Of a DNA stretch of 64,000 bases, positions 44,553 to 52,101 are shown piece by piece. Made by a program: the position numbers and the translations under genes. The notes under the pieces were generated by a model that was not told where the DNA came from, did not search any database, and was given only the letters and a program-made list of their open reading frames with translations. The DNA is taken from NCBI GenBank assembly GCA_016203225.1, contig JACQNC010000006.1, positions 8,552 through 72,551 of the forward strand. Direction: 5' to 3'. The stretch comes from Candidatus Woesearchaeota archaeon. Lineage in GTDB: Archaea > Nanobdellota > Nanobdellia > Woesearchaeales > ARS49. Position 1 is the first letter of the stretch, and each line of letters begins with the position of its first letter.

Positions 44553-45103
44553 AACGCGTCTTCATCGTGCACGGCTGGGAATTCTCGCCAGAACAGCACT
44601 GGTATCAGTGGCTCAAGAAAGAGCTGGAGAAGAAGGGATTCAAAGTCATCGTACCTTCGATGCCTAACACCGCTGCACCGAAAATAGAATCATGGGTGAA
44701 GACCCTCTCCAACACCGTCGGGACGCCTGACAAAGACACAGTGTTGGTCGGTCACAGCATCGGCTGCCAAGCCATCCTCCGTTACCTGCAGAAAAACGGT
44801 CCTGTCTGCGGCTGCGTTCTCGTCGCGCCATGGTTCACCTTGACCCCTGCAGCGCTTCCCGACGACGACTACCAAGCAATCGCAAAACCCTGGCTCGAGA
44901 CCCCAATCACGTTCACCAAAGTCAAGACGATCGCAATCTTCTCTGACGACGACCCATACGTTCCCCAGGAGAATATCACTCTGATGGAACAACGTGCCGG
45001 GGCGAAGATCGTGCTGGACAAAGAGAAAGGGCATTTCACTAGCGACGAGGGCGCAACGACGCTCCCAAGCGCGTTGAAAGCCGTCCTCGAGCTCGCGAAA
45101 TGA
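44549..45103 (+). CDS. alpha/beta serine hydrolase (YdeN/RBBP9-like)
   Basis: VFIVHGWEFSPEQHWYQWL..., nucleophile elbow GHSIGC. ATGA overlap with the upstream gene. Confidence 0.6.
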   Translation: MKRVFIVHGWEFSPEQHWYQWLKKELEKKGFKVIVPSMPNTAAPKIESWVKTLSNTVGTPDKDTVLVGHSIGCQAILRYLQKNGPVCGCVLVAPWFTLTPAALPDDDYQAIAKPWLETPITFTKVKTIAIFSDDDPYVPQENITLMEQRAGAKIVLDKEKGHFTSDEGATTLPSALKAVLELAK

Positions 45104-45159
45104 TTTTCTATATTTTATAATCACAAACATTATAAGTCCAGAAAACACCATTTTCCCGC

Positions 45160-45726
45160 ATGGACGTCATCACGAAAGACGACTTCGTGCAGAACCTGAG
45201 CAGATACTACAAGCAAATAAAGGAAGGCAAACTCTTCATACACCCCACTGACACGATCTACGGAATCGGGTGCGACGCGACGAACTCCAAGGCCGTGCTG
45301 CACGCCCGCGACGCAAAGAACCGCCACACGAAGGCGTTCAGCGTCATCGCGCCCGGCAAGGATTGGATCCGCGAAAACTGCACGGTCACGAAAGAAGGCG
45401 AGAAGTGGCTCGAGAAGCTCCCGGGACCGTACACGCTCATCTTCCACCTCAAGAAGAAATACGCCATCGCGCCGGAAGTGAACCCTGCACAGGACACGCT
45501 CGCGGTGAGGATCCCGTCGCACTGGTTCAGCAAAGCCGCGCAGGAGCTCAACATCCCGATCATCACGACGGCAGCCAACAAGGTCGGACAGCTCTTCATG
45601 ACGACGCTCGACGACCTCGACCCCGACATCGCCAAACACGTCGATTTCACGATCTACGAAGGCGAGAAGAAGGCTAAGCACAGCACCGTGATCGACGTCA
45701 CGCAAGGCGGGAAGATAGTTTACTGA
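45160..45726 (+). CDS. L-threonylcarbamoyladenylate synthase (YrdC/Sua5 family, short form)
   Basis: LFIHPTDTIYGIGCDATNSKAV...KNRHTKAFSVI..., 188 aa. Confidence 0.8.
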   Translation: MDVITKDDFVQNLSRYYKQIKEGKLFIHPTDTIYGIGCDATNSKAVLHARDAKNRHTKAFSVIAPGKDWIRENCTVTKEGEKWLEKLPGPYTLIFHLKKKYAIAPEVNPAQDTLAVRIPSHWFSKAAQELNIPIITTAANKVGQLFMTTLDDLDPDIAKHVDFTIYEGEKKAKHSTVIDVTQGGKIVY

Positions 45727-45838
45727 CGCTCCCCGCTCGTTCTCCCCCGGCACGATTGACGTAGCTTTATCGGTATTTATCAGATAGCCAAACACCACCA
45801 CCAACCTGCTTGGGGCAGCAATGCCTGGGACGGGGGCG
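45727..45838 (+). repeat. structured intergenic repeat family, copy C
   Basis: CACGATTGACGT (45751-45762), CACCACCACCAACC then TGCTTGGGG (45807-45815), GCCTGGGACG (45823-45832). The inner stem CCCCGGCA/TGCTTGGGG is pairable with one G-U and one bulge. Outer pairing CGCTCCCCG (45727-45735) / CGGGGGCG (45831-45838). The copy starts right after the stop codon at 45726. Confidence 0.6.
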
Positions 45839-45907
45839 ACACCGACGTTTTGCCAAACATTTATAAAGCTCCCGTCGGTAAACGGGTTAGGGTGTTCTGA
45901 GAATAAT

Positions 45908-46522
45908 ATGACCGCAGACAAGCTAAAGATACTCGCCGTAGGAGACGTGCATGGCGACAAGGCCTTCATCAAGAGCCTTGCCGACACCGCAGCGAAGGAG
46001 AACGTCGATTTGGTGGTCCTCGCGGGCGACCTCACGTACGCGGACCAGAGCACGGACGGCATCATCGGACCGTTCCTCGCGAAAGGAAAGAAAGTCCTGT
46101 TGGTGCACGGCAACCACGAGACACCCGCGACAGCCGACTTTCTGGCGCAACTCTACAACGCGACGAACCTCCACGGATACGGAATCGAATTGAAAGGCAT
46201 CGGAATCTTCGGCGCAGGCGGCGCCGCCATAGGACCCAACCCGACGAGCGCAACAGACATCTACGAAAACCTGAAGCACGCGCACGACAAGGTCAAGCAC
46301 CTTGCGCGCAAACTAATGGTCGTCCACGAGCACCCGAGCGATTCCAAGATGGAGATCGGCGGCATGTTCCCGGGCAGCTGGGCCGTGCGAAAGGCCGCGG
46401 AGACGTTCAAACCCGACATCGTCGTCTGCGGTCACATCCACGAGGCAGGCGGCATCGAAGAGAAGATCGGCAAGACACGCGTAATCAACGTGGCACGCAC
46501 GCCGAAAATCATCGAACTCTAG
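45908..46522 (+). CDS. calcineurin-like metallophosphoesterase
   Basis: KILAVGDVHGD, LAGDLT, HGNHE, GHIHEAGG. Start trimmed to the ATG at 45908. Confidence 0.75.
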   Translation: MTADKLKILAVGDVHGDKAFIKSLADTAAKENVDLVVLAGDLTYADQSTDGIIGPFLAKGKKVLLVHGNHETPATADFLAQLYNATNLHGYGIELKGIGIFGAGGAAIGPNPTSATDIYENLKHAHDKVKHLARKLMVVHEHPSDSKMEIGGMFPGSWAVRKAAETFKPDIVVCGHIHEAGGIEEKIGKTRVINVARTPKIIEL

Positions 46523-47465
46523 TTCTGGCGAATTTCAATGCGCCGAGCAAACCCAATTCATCATTCAGCACGAGATGCACGGGAATGAGCTCCAACAGGC
46601 GCCGCATGCGGCGATTGTCATGATAGTGCTTGGCGAACGCAGACGTGCGGATGAACGGCACGAGGTGACGCACGACGCCACCAGCGAGATACACACCGCC
46701 GAGCGCCTTGCCGGTCAGCGCGACGCGCTGCGTCTCGTGCATCAACGCATGCGTGAACAACTCGATTGCGCCCTTGCACAACGGATCGTTCCTGTATGCG
46801 CCTTCCGTGATCGCCCGCGCGCCTTGAGTCCTGAGCGCCTCCCGCATCTGAGGATCCTGTCGGGCGAACTGGCGATGCTTGAGAAAGTCATAGATGTTCC
46901 GCAAGCCAGGACCTGACAAGACCGCTTCCGTGCCCGCGTACCCTAGAGTCTTCCGCAGATGCGTCTTCAACTCCCACTCGAGCGCAGTCCTCGGCGCGAA
47001 GTCGGCGTGGCCGCCCTCGCTCGCGATGACATCGTGATGCGTGCCGGTCCAATGCAAAAACGCCATTCCGAGGCCTGTGCCTGGCGCGAGCAACGCCTTC
47101 GTCGCGTTACCGGTGTGACGCTTGCCGACGGCCAATGCGGCGTCATGAGGGAGCAGCTGCGGCAACCCGAACGCCATCGCTTCCACATCGTTGATCAATC
47201 CCACCGGGCAGCCGAGAGTCCTGGCAAGCTTGCGAGCGTCAAGCGTCCAGCGCAGGTTCGTCGTTTTTACCACGCCGTTGATGACCGGGCCTGGCGCGCC
47301 GAAGCACGCACTCGTGACATCATGCTTGCCGATGAATTCTTTCAGCAACTCATCGAACGAAGGATAATCCTTGCTCGCGAAGCGCCTCTTGGCCTGCAAT
47401 CCGTGCTCGTCATGGATGGCGAGGATGGTCTTGGTCGCGCCGATGTCACCAGCAAGGATCGACAT
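46509..47465 (-). CDS. glk: glucokinase (Glk family)
   Basis: MSILAGDIGATKTILAI... and GGVYLAGGV. Start trimmed to the ATG at 47465. Confidence 0.75.
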   Translation of the reverse strand: MSILAGDIGATKTILAIHDEHGLQAKRRFASKDYPSFDELLKEFIGKHDVTSACFGAPGPVINGVVKTTNLRWTLDARKLARTLGCPVGLINDVEAMAFGLPQLLPHDAALAVGKRHTGNATKALLAPGTGLGMAFLHWTGTHHDVIASEGGHADFAPRTALEWELKTHLRKTLGYAGTEAVLSGPGLRNIYDFLKHRQFARQDPQMREALRTQGARAITEGAYRNDPLCKGAIELFTHALMHETQRVALTGKALGGVYLAGGVVRHLVPFIRTSAFAKHYHDNRRMRRLLELIPVHLVLNDELGLLGALKFARTRVR

Positions 47466-47467
47466 AT

Positions 47468-47944
47468 TCAGTACTGCTGCAGCAGATCCTCGATGCTCGC
47501 GCCTATACAGCACGGCAATCCCAACGCGACAACCATATTGCGCAGATGCTCAGGACCCACAAGAAGGAAATTTATCCCGTAGAGATAGATGAGGAACCAA
47601 GACACCACGAAACCGATCACCAAATAGGAAGCGAGGCGTTTCACCCAGAACTGGCCGAACCTGCGTTGCGACTTGTTGCGCACACGCGCATAGCCTATGT
47701 AATAGATCTCACTCGACAGTATGACTATTGTGGTGGCGATGATGAACCAGATGTGCGTGTCCGTGAGCTTCTGGGTCACATCGATGAACAGCCCTTTAGG
47801 GACGAAAGTGAGACCGAAGATGAGCGCCCCGAACGCGGCGCCCACCACGCGCTTCATGTTGAAATGGTGCGGTACGCGCTCCACCATCTCCTCACGGATG
47901 AATCTCACGTCTTCTGCGACCTGTTTCAACGCGGGTTTGGCCAT
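47468..47944 (-). CDS. integral membrane protein (DUF2391-like, tentative)
   Basis: 158 aa, four hydrophobic helices. Its stop is 3 nt from the glk start. Confidence 0.45.
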   Translation of the reverse strand: MAKPALKQVAEDVRFIREEMVERVPHHFNMKRVVGAAFGALIFGLTFVPKGLFIDVTQKLTDTHIWFIIATTIVILSSEIYYIGYARVRNKSQRRFGQFWVKRLASYLVIGFVVSWFLIYLYGINFLLVGPEHLRNMVVALGLPCCIGASIEDLLQQY

Positions 47945-47945
47945 G

Positions 47946-48272
47946 CTAGTAGACTTCTACCGGGAATTCTTTATCGTCTTCTTTCTTCGGATTGCCCCAC
48001 AGGTCCACCTTCTGCGGTTCTTGGGGCGCATTGAGTTCCTTTAGGACTTCGACAGATGGAGCGGGCGCGGGAGATTCAGGCGGGCTTGTCGGAGCCGGCG
48101 ACGAGTCGAAGAAGTTCGACAAGGCACTGCCGCCTGATGGAGCAGGACTGTCGAAGATGTTGGATGGTTGCGCGACCTCCTGGACGGACTCGCCGACTAT
48201 GCCCTTGAGCAATGCGATTATCCTGCGGATGTGGTCGTGAGAATCCGACGCCGTGTCTATCGTGATCTTCAT
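47946..48272 (-). CDS. hypothetical protein with a Pro/Ser-rich low-complexity middle
   Basis: MKITIDTASDSHDHIRRIIALLKGIV... then SPAPSGG...SPAPTSPPESPAPAPS. No family recognised. Confidence 0.35.
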   Translation of the reverse strand: MKITIDTASDSHDHIRRIIALLKGIVGESVQEVAQPSNIFDSPAPSGGSALSNFFDSSPAPTSPPESPAPAPSVEVLKELNAPQEPQKVDLWGNPKKEDDKEFPVEVY

Positions 48273-48376
48273 GTCGCCTCTTTCGTGGAAAACACATATG
48301 TCCTGGTTTAAAAATGTTTGCCGCACTGGACATCCGTGCGTGAAATATAAAAACAGATCAATCCGTTTCCATCATC

Positions 48377-49061
48377 GTGATTTCTTCCACACCCGCATTT
48401 GCTGAATTGTGTGGCATCCATGCAGGTGACGGTTGGATATCTTCGTACAATTATGAGATTGGTTACGGAACGGCAACGTACGAAGCTCCGTATTTCCTGT
48501 ATGTCATGAATCTGTATCAAGAATGCTTACCATTGAAAGAAAATATCAGGATCTTATGGCGAAGAGCGATTGAATTGAGAATACAATCCAAGGAATGCCA
48601 GCAGATTCTTCAGGAAGCGGGGTTTCCGCGGGGCAGCAAGCTCGACCATCTACGGATTCCTGCATTTGTTTGGTCGAAACCTGAATATTTACGCAGATTT
48701 CTGCGAGGCGTGATGGATACTGATGGCCACGTGCATTGGAGGAAAAGTGTCAACCGCAAGTACTTGGTTCTGACTTGGACGACTGCATCAGACGCATTTG
48801 CTAGCGACATCGTTCGTGCGCTGCACGTGCTGGATCTGTGCGCCCATGAGCAAACGTTCATTCCGCGATACAAAGACCGCATAAGAAGGCGTCGGGTACA
48901 CTGCATCTCCATCAGTAGAAAGAGCGATGTCGTATTCTACTTGAGACATATAGGATTCAAAAATCCGCGAAGATGGGAACAAGTTTTACGAAACAAAGAG
49001 GAATTGCTCAGATACAACACCGCAAACCTTTTTAAGCAAACCCCGGAATTCTCGACGTTAC

Positions 49062-49084
<23 letters not shown>
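48377..49084 (+). CDS. free-standing double-motif LAGLIDADG homing-endonuclease-like protein
   Basis: Two LAGLIDADG-type motifs, LCGIHAGDGW and FLRGVMDTDGHV. GTG start with TATA AAATATAAAAAC about 29 nt upstream. AT-richer than the flanks. The last 23 nt run into tRNA-Val. Confidence 0.65.
49029..49036 (+). promoter_or_regulatory. TATA box (TTTTTAAG) for tRNA-Val, inside the LAGLIDADG ORF
   Basis: Centre is about 30 nt upstream of the tRNA 5' end. Confidence 0.5.
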
Positions 49085-49133
<49 letters not shown>

Positions 49134-49136
49134 TCG

Positions 49137-49739
49137 ATGTTCAAGAACCGCGCCGATGCAGGCAGGAAACTCGCGAAACAGCTGAAGGCTGGAAAGAGGA
49201 CCGTCGTTCTTGGCCTGCCTCGCGGCGGCGTCGTAACCGCAGCAGAGGTCGCGAAGGCGCTAAAGGTGCCGCTTGACATCATCGTGACCAAGAAACTCGG
49301 CTACCCGCGCGATCCCGAATATGGCATCGGCGCAGTAGGGCTGAAAACCGACGTCATCGACCGTGCGGGCGTCGATCCTGCGTACATCAAAAGAGAAATC
49401 GCACAACTCCGCAAGCAGGTAAAGGAACGTTACCAGAACCTGCGCGGCAAAAGGAAGATGCCTGCGCTAGCCGGAAAGATGGTCATCATAGTCGATGACG
49501 GCATGGCGACCGGCGCGAGCATGGAAGCCGCGGTCAAGGAAGTAGCGACACAAAAACCTGCAAAGGTGATCGTGGCGGTGCCTGTAGCGCATCCCGACGC
49601 GGTACGCCGCATCGAACGCATCGCGGAAGTCATCTGCCTCGAACAGCCATGGAGATTCCTCGCGGTCGGCGAGTTCTACGAGGACTTCCGTGAAGTCACT
49701 GAAGAGGATGTGAAGAAGTTCTTGAAGAAACCTTTATAA
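49137..49739 (+). CDS. phosphoribosyltransferase-domain protein
   Basis: PRPP-binding loop MVIIVDDGMATGASM. The ATG starts 3 nt after the tRNA-Val discriminator. Confidence 0.75.
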   Translation: MFKNRADAGRKLAKQLKAGKRTVVLGLPRGGVVTAAEVAKALKVPLDIIVTKKLGYPRDPEYGIGAVGLKTDVIDRAGVDPAYIKREIAQLRKQVKERYQNLRGKRKMPALAGKMVIIVDDGMATGASMEAAVKEVATQKPAKVIVAVPVAHPDAVRRIERIAEVICLEQPWRFLAVGEFYEDFREVTEEDVKKFLKKPL

Positions 49740-49740
49740 G
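49733..49740 (+). promoter_or_regulatory. TATA box (TTTATAAG) upstream of the tRNA-like minihelix and tRNA-Pro(CGG)
   Basis: It overlaps the PRTase stop codon. Its centre is about 35 nt upstream of 49772. No other TATA-like element lies before tRNA-Pro(CGG). Confidence 0.45.
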
Positions 49741-49771
49741 CAGCCAAACGACCATTTCGATCGCCATATTC

Positions 49772-49820
49772 GGGGCTGTGGTCCACGGCAGAGATGCGCT
49801 CTGCCTAGACCAGCAACCCC
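49772..49820 (+). ncRNA. tRNA-like minihelix / structured leader preceding tRNA-Pro(CGG)
   Basis: GGGGCTGTGGTC (49772-49783) is identical to nt 1-12 of the downstream tRNA. It can pair with GACCAGCAACCCC (49808-49820) around a perfect hairpin GGCAGAG-atgcg-CTCTGCC (49787-49805). Confidence 0.4.
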
Positions 49821-49845
49821 TCGTATCGACTGAAAACCAAAACTC

Positions 49846-49919
49846 GGGGCTGTGGTCTAACTTGGTTATGACTGAAGGTTCGGGACCTTCAAATCCCGGT
49901 TCAAATCCGGGCAGCCTCA
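49846..49919 (+). tRNA. tRNA-Pro (anticodon CGG)
   Basis: Acceptor GGGGCTG/CAGCCTC (one G-U) plus discriminator A. Anticodon arm GAAGG-TTCGGGA-CCTTC. T arm CCCGG-TTCAAAT-CCGGG. Confidence 0.88.
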
Positions 49920-49934
49920 TGCACCGCCGGGGTT

Positions 49935-49963
49935 TCAGGGGCGCGGCGCTAGAGCGCCCCTGA
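49935..49963 (+). other. GC-rich 10-bp hairpin between tRNA-Pro(CGG) and the hydroxylase gene
   Basis: TCAGGGGCGC-ggcgctaga-GCGCCCCTGA. Confidence 0.5.
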
Positions 49964-49981
49964 GCACCTGCGTTTCCGAAC

Positions 49982-50611
49982 ATGATCAATCCGCGCTATC
50001 TCCAAACGACAGTCCTCGCACGCCTGCGGAAACGGTACGCTGCGAACAAACCCTTTCCCCATGCGCAGCTCAAGGACTTCTTCGATGTGAAACAACTCCG
50101 CAAAGTCAAACACGCTCTGCTGAACGAGCGATTCGTCGAAGCGGAAGCGGACCTTTTCTCATTCCAGCAGTGCGATGATCTGAAGCACAGCAAGAACCGG
50201 ACACTGCGAGAATTCCGTTCATTCCTGCGTTCGCCGCGATTCCTATCATTGCTCTCCTACATCACCGGCGAGAACCTCTCGGCCACGATCGACATCTCAG
50301 GCTTCATCTACGACGACACCGACCACCTGCTTCCGCATGACGACAAGCTCGAAGGCAGGAAGCTCGCATTCGTGCTCAATCTTTCAACCATGACCGCAAA
50401 AGATGGCGGGCAACTTGACTTGTTCAAAGGAAACAATGTCGCGAAATCCTATCTGCCCGCGTTCAACTCTCTCGTCGTCTTCACGGTCAAGCCCGGAACG
50501 ACGATGCACCAGGTGCGCGAGGTGCTGACAGACGAGAAACGCATCACGCTTGCGGGGTGGATACACGGGAACGAACGTTCCCGGGTGCATGAGAACCGGA
50601 GGTCTGAGTAG
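49982..50611 (+). CDS. 2OG-Fe(II) oxygenase, OGFOD1/Tpa1/Ofd1-type prolyl hydroxylase catalytic domain
   Basis: DHLLPHDDKLEGRKLAFVLNL (HxD), GGQLDLF, NSLVVFTVKPGTTMHQVREVLTDEKRITLAGWIHG. As I recall the family signature, this closely parallels the OGFOD1 N-terminal domain. Confidence 0.7.
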   Translation: MINPRYLQTTVLARLRKRYAANKPFPHAQLKDFFDVKQLRKVKHALLNERFVEAEADLFSFQQCDDLKHSKNRTLREFRSFLRSPRFLSLLSYITGENLSATIDISGFIYDDTDHLLPHDDKLEGRKLAFVLNLSTMTAKDGGQLDLFKGNNVAKSYLPAFNSLVVFTVKPGTTMHQVREVLTDEKRITLAGWIHGNERSRVHENRRSE

Positions 50612-50614
50612 CAC

Positions 50615-51178
50615 ATGGTTAATCTCTCGGACTGGATAAACCAGACATACCTCGACAAAGGCGTCGTCGAGGAGATGCGCGCGGTCTTCGCGAAGAACAG
50701 GCAATTATTGCTTCCCGACTTCCTGTGCAAGGACTCCTACAAGCATGCGATGCGACTCGCCCGATCCGCGGCGTTCAAACGCGCGTATGTCCCTGACCAG
50801 ATGTCGTGCGCGTTCGCGATGCGGCAAGACGCGTTCCTGCGCTTCCTCGCTTCAGAGCGATTCGCGTCATATGTTCAACTAATCACAGGCACGAAATCTG
50901 GAAAACGAGCGTTCTACACCGAATTGCGCGCAAGGGACTACACAGTCATCAAGGACCTCCCCCAGACATGGAAACTCCTCACGCACCTCTTCCTGTCCCC
51001 CTGGAACGCCCACTGGGGCGGACGCATGATCTTCCGCGACGCCGAAGGCAACCACACGCACAGTCCGCCGGCGCAAAACACGTTGCTGTTGACCGGGAAC
51101 AGAAAGGGGTTGCACGGATACGTCGAATACGTCAACCATCACGCTGGAAAGAGAACGACCATCACCGCGAACGTTTAG
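50615..51178 (+). CDS. OGFOD1/Tpa1 C-terminal (non-catalytic DSBH) domain-like protein
   Basis: Begins LSDWINQTYLDKGVVEEMRAVF...LLLPDFL, resembling the WINPxYL start of the Ofd1 C-terminal domain. No HxD triad is seen. It starts 3 nt after the upstream stop. Confidence 0.55.
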   Translation: MVNLSDWINQTYLDKGVVEEMRAVFAKNRQLLLPDFLCKDSYKHAMRLARSAAFKRAYVPDQMSCAFAMRQDAFLRFLASERFASYVQLITGTKSGKRAFYTELRARDYTVIKDLPQTWKLLTHLFLSPWNAHWGGRMIFRDAEGNHTHSPPAQNTLLLTGNRKGLHGYVEYVNHHAGKRTTITANV

Positions 51179-51969
51179 CCGAACAGGCGCTGATAGTTCA
51201 GCCAGACATTGTTCGCGACTTCCTCGACCGCGAATTTCTTGACGCCTGCGATGAACTTGACGCTCTCGAGCACGTTCTTGGGCTCGTTGCGCTCGCCAGC
51301 GACCGGCCCGAGCCACGGCGAATCCGTCTCGGTGAGCAGTTGATTGATGTTGAAGACATCGCAGATCATCCTATAATGCTCCAGACGCACGCACACCGGA
51401 GGTACGCTCGCGTAAAACCCGAGATCCGCTGCTTTGCGAGCGACGCTTTTCCTGGCGCCGAAGCTGTGCAAGTCCACTTTTTTCACATTGCTGGACTCCA
51501 GCATCTCGACAGTCTCCTTCTCCGCGTTGCGGGTGTGCACGATCAAAGGCTTCTTTATCTTCTCCGCGAGATCGATGACTTTCTGGAAGTTCTGCCGCAT
51601 CACGAGTTGCAGATGCGGCTCCTTGACGAACTTGAAGTCCAGACCCACTTCACCTATGCCTATTATCCTGTCCCTCTGCGACTTGATGAATTCGAGCTCC
51701 TTGTCGAGATCGATCTTGTGCACCGGACGCGTCAATCCCGAATCGCCTTCGAGATCGAGCCCTAGCGCGTCGATCGGGTACGCTCCGAGCGCGGGTTTGA
51801 GGATTGGATCCATCTCGCAGAGCTTCAGCACCTCGCGGTTGGTCGGCTCGTTCACGCCGTTCACGATGATGGATCTCACGCCCGCGGCTTTCGCCCTCTC
51901 GACCACCTCTTTCAAGTCAGTCTTGAACAGCTCGTGCTGCAGGTGCGCGTGGACATCGACGAGGAACAT
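51175..51969 (-). CDS. tatD: TatD-family metal-dependent hydrolase
   Basis: MFLVDVHAHL..., GEVGLDF, VHTRNA, typical C-terminal TDSPWL. Confidence 0.85.
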   Translation of the reverse strand: MFLVDVHAHLQHELFKTDLKEVVERAKAAGVRSIIVNGVNEPTNREVLKLCEMDPILKPALGAYPIDALGLDLEGDSGLTRPVHKIDLDKELEFIKSQRDRIIGIGEVGLDFKFVKEPHLQLVMRQNFQKVIDLAEKIKKPLIVHTRNAEKETVEMLESSNVKKVDLHSFGARKSVARKAADLGFYASVPPVCVRLEHYRMICDVFNINQLLTETDSPWLGPVAGERNEPKNVLESVKFIAGVKKFAVEEVANNVWLNYQRLFG

Positions 51970-51992
51970 GCCTTGCAGGTGACCTCAATAGC

Positions 51993-52000
51993 TTTAAAAG
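51993..52000. promoter_or_regulatory. shared near-palindromic TATA (GCTTTAAAAGC) for tatD and tRNA-Arg
   Basis: Centre is about 27 nt from the tatD ATG (51969, -) and about 31 nt from the tRNA-Arg 5' end (52027, +). Confidence 0.5.
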
Positions 52001-52026
52001 CGTATGCCCGTTCCCCCGACGATAGT

Positions 52027-52100
52027 GCCCTCGTAGTATAACTTGGATAGTACGCGGCCCTCCGAAGGCTGCAGTCGGGGTTCAAATCCCCGCGGGGGCG
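52027..52100 (+). tRNA. tRNA-Arg (anticodon CCG)
   Basis: Acceptor GCCCTCG/CGGGGGC (one G-U) plus discriminator G. Anticodon arm CGGCC-CTCCGAA-GGCTG. T arm CGGGG-TTCAAAT-CCCCG. Confidence 0.85.
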
Positions 52101-52101
52101 T

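Noticed and set aside
49770-49857. 14-nt direct repeat TCGGGGCTGTGGTC as att sites of an integrated element
   Set aside because: The copies are only 74 nt apart with no coding capacity between them. The repeat covers the tRNA 5' end rather than the 3' part I recall integrases usually duplicating.
49696-49989. Track ORFs 49696-49989 (-) and 49778-49963 (+)
   Set aside because: They lie across tRNA-Pro(CGG), its structured leader and a GC hairpin. The region is explained by RNA features.
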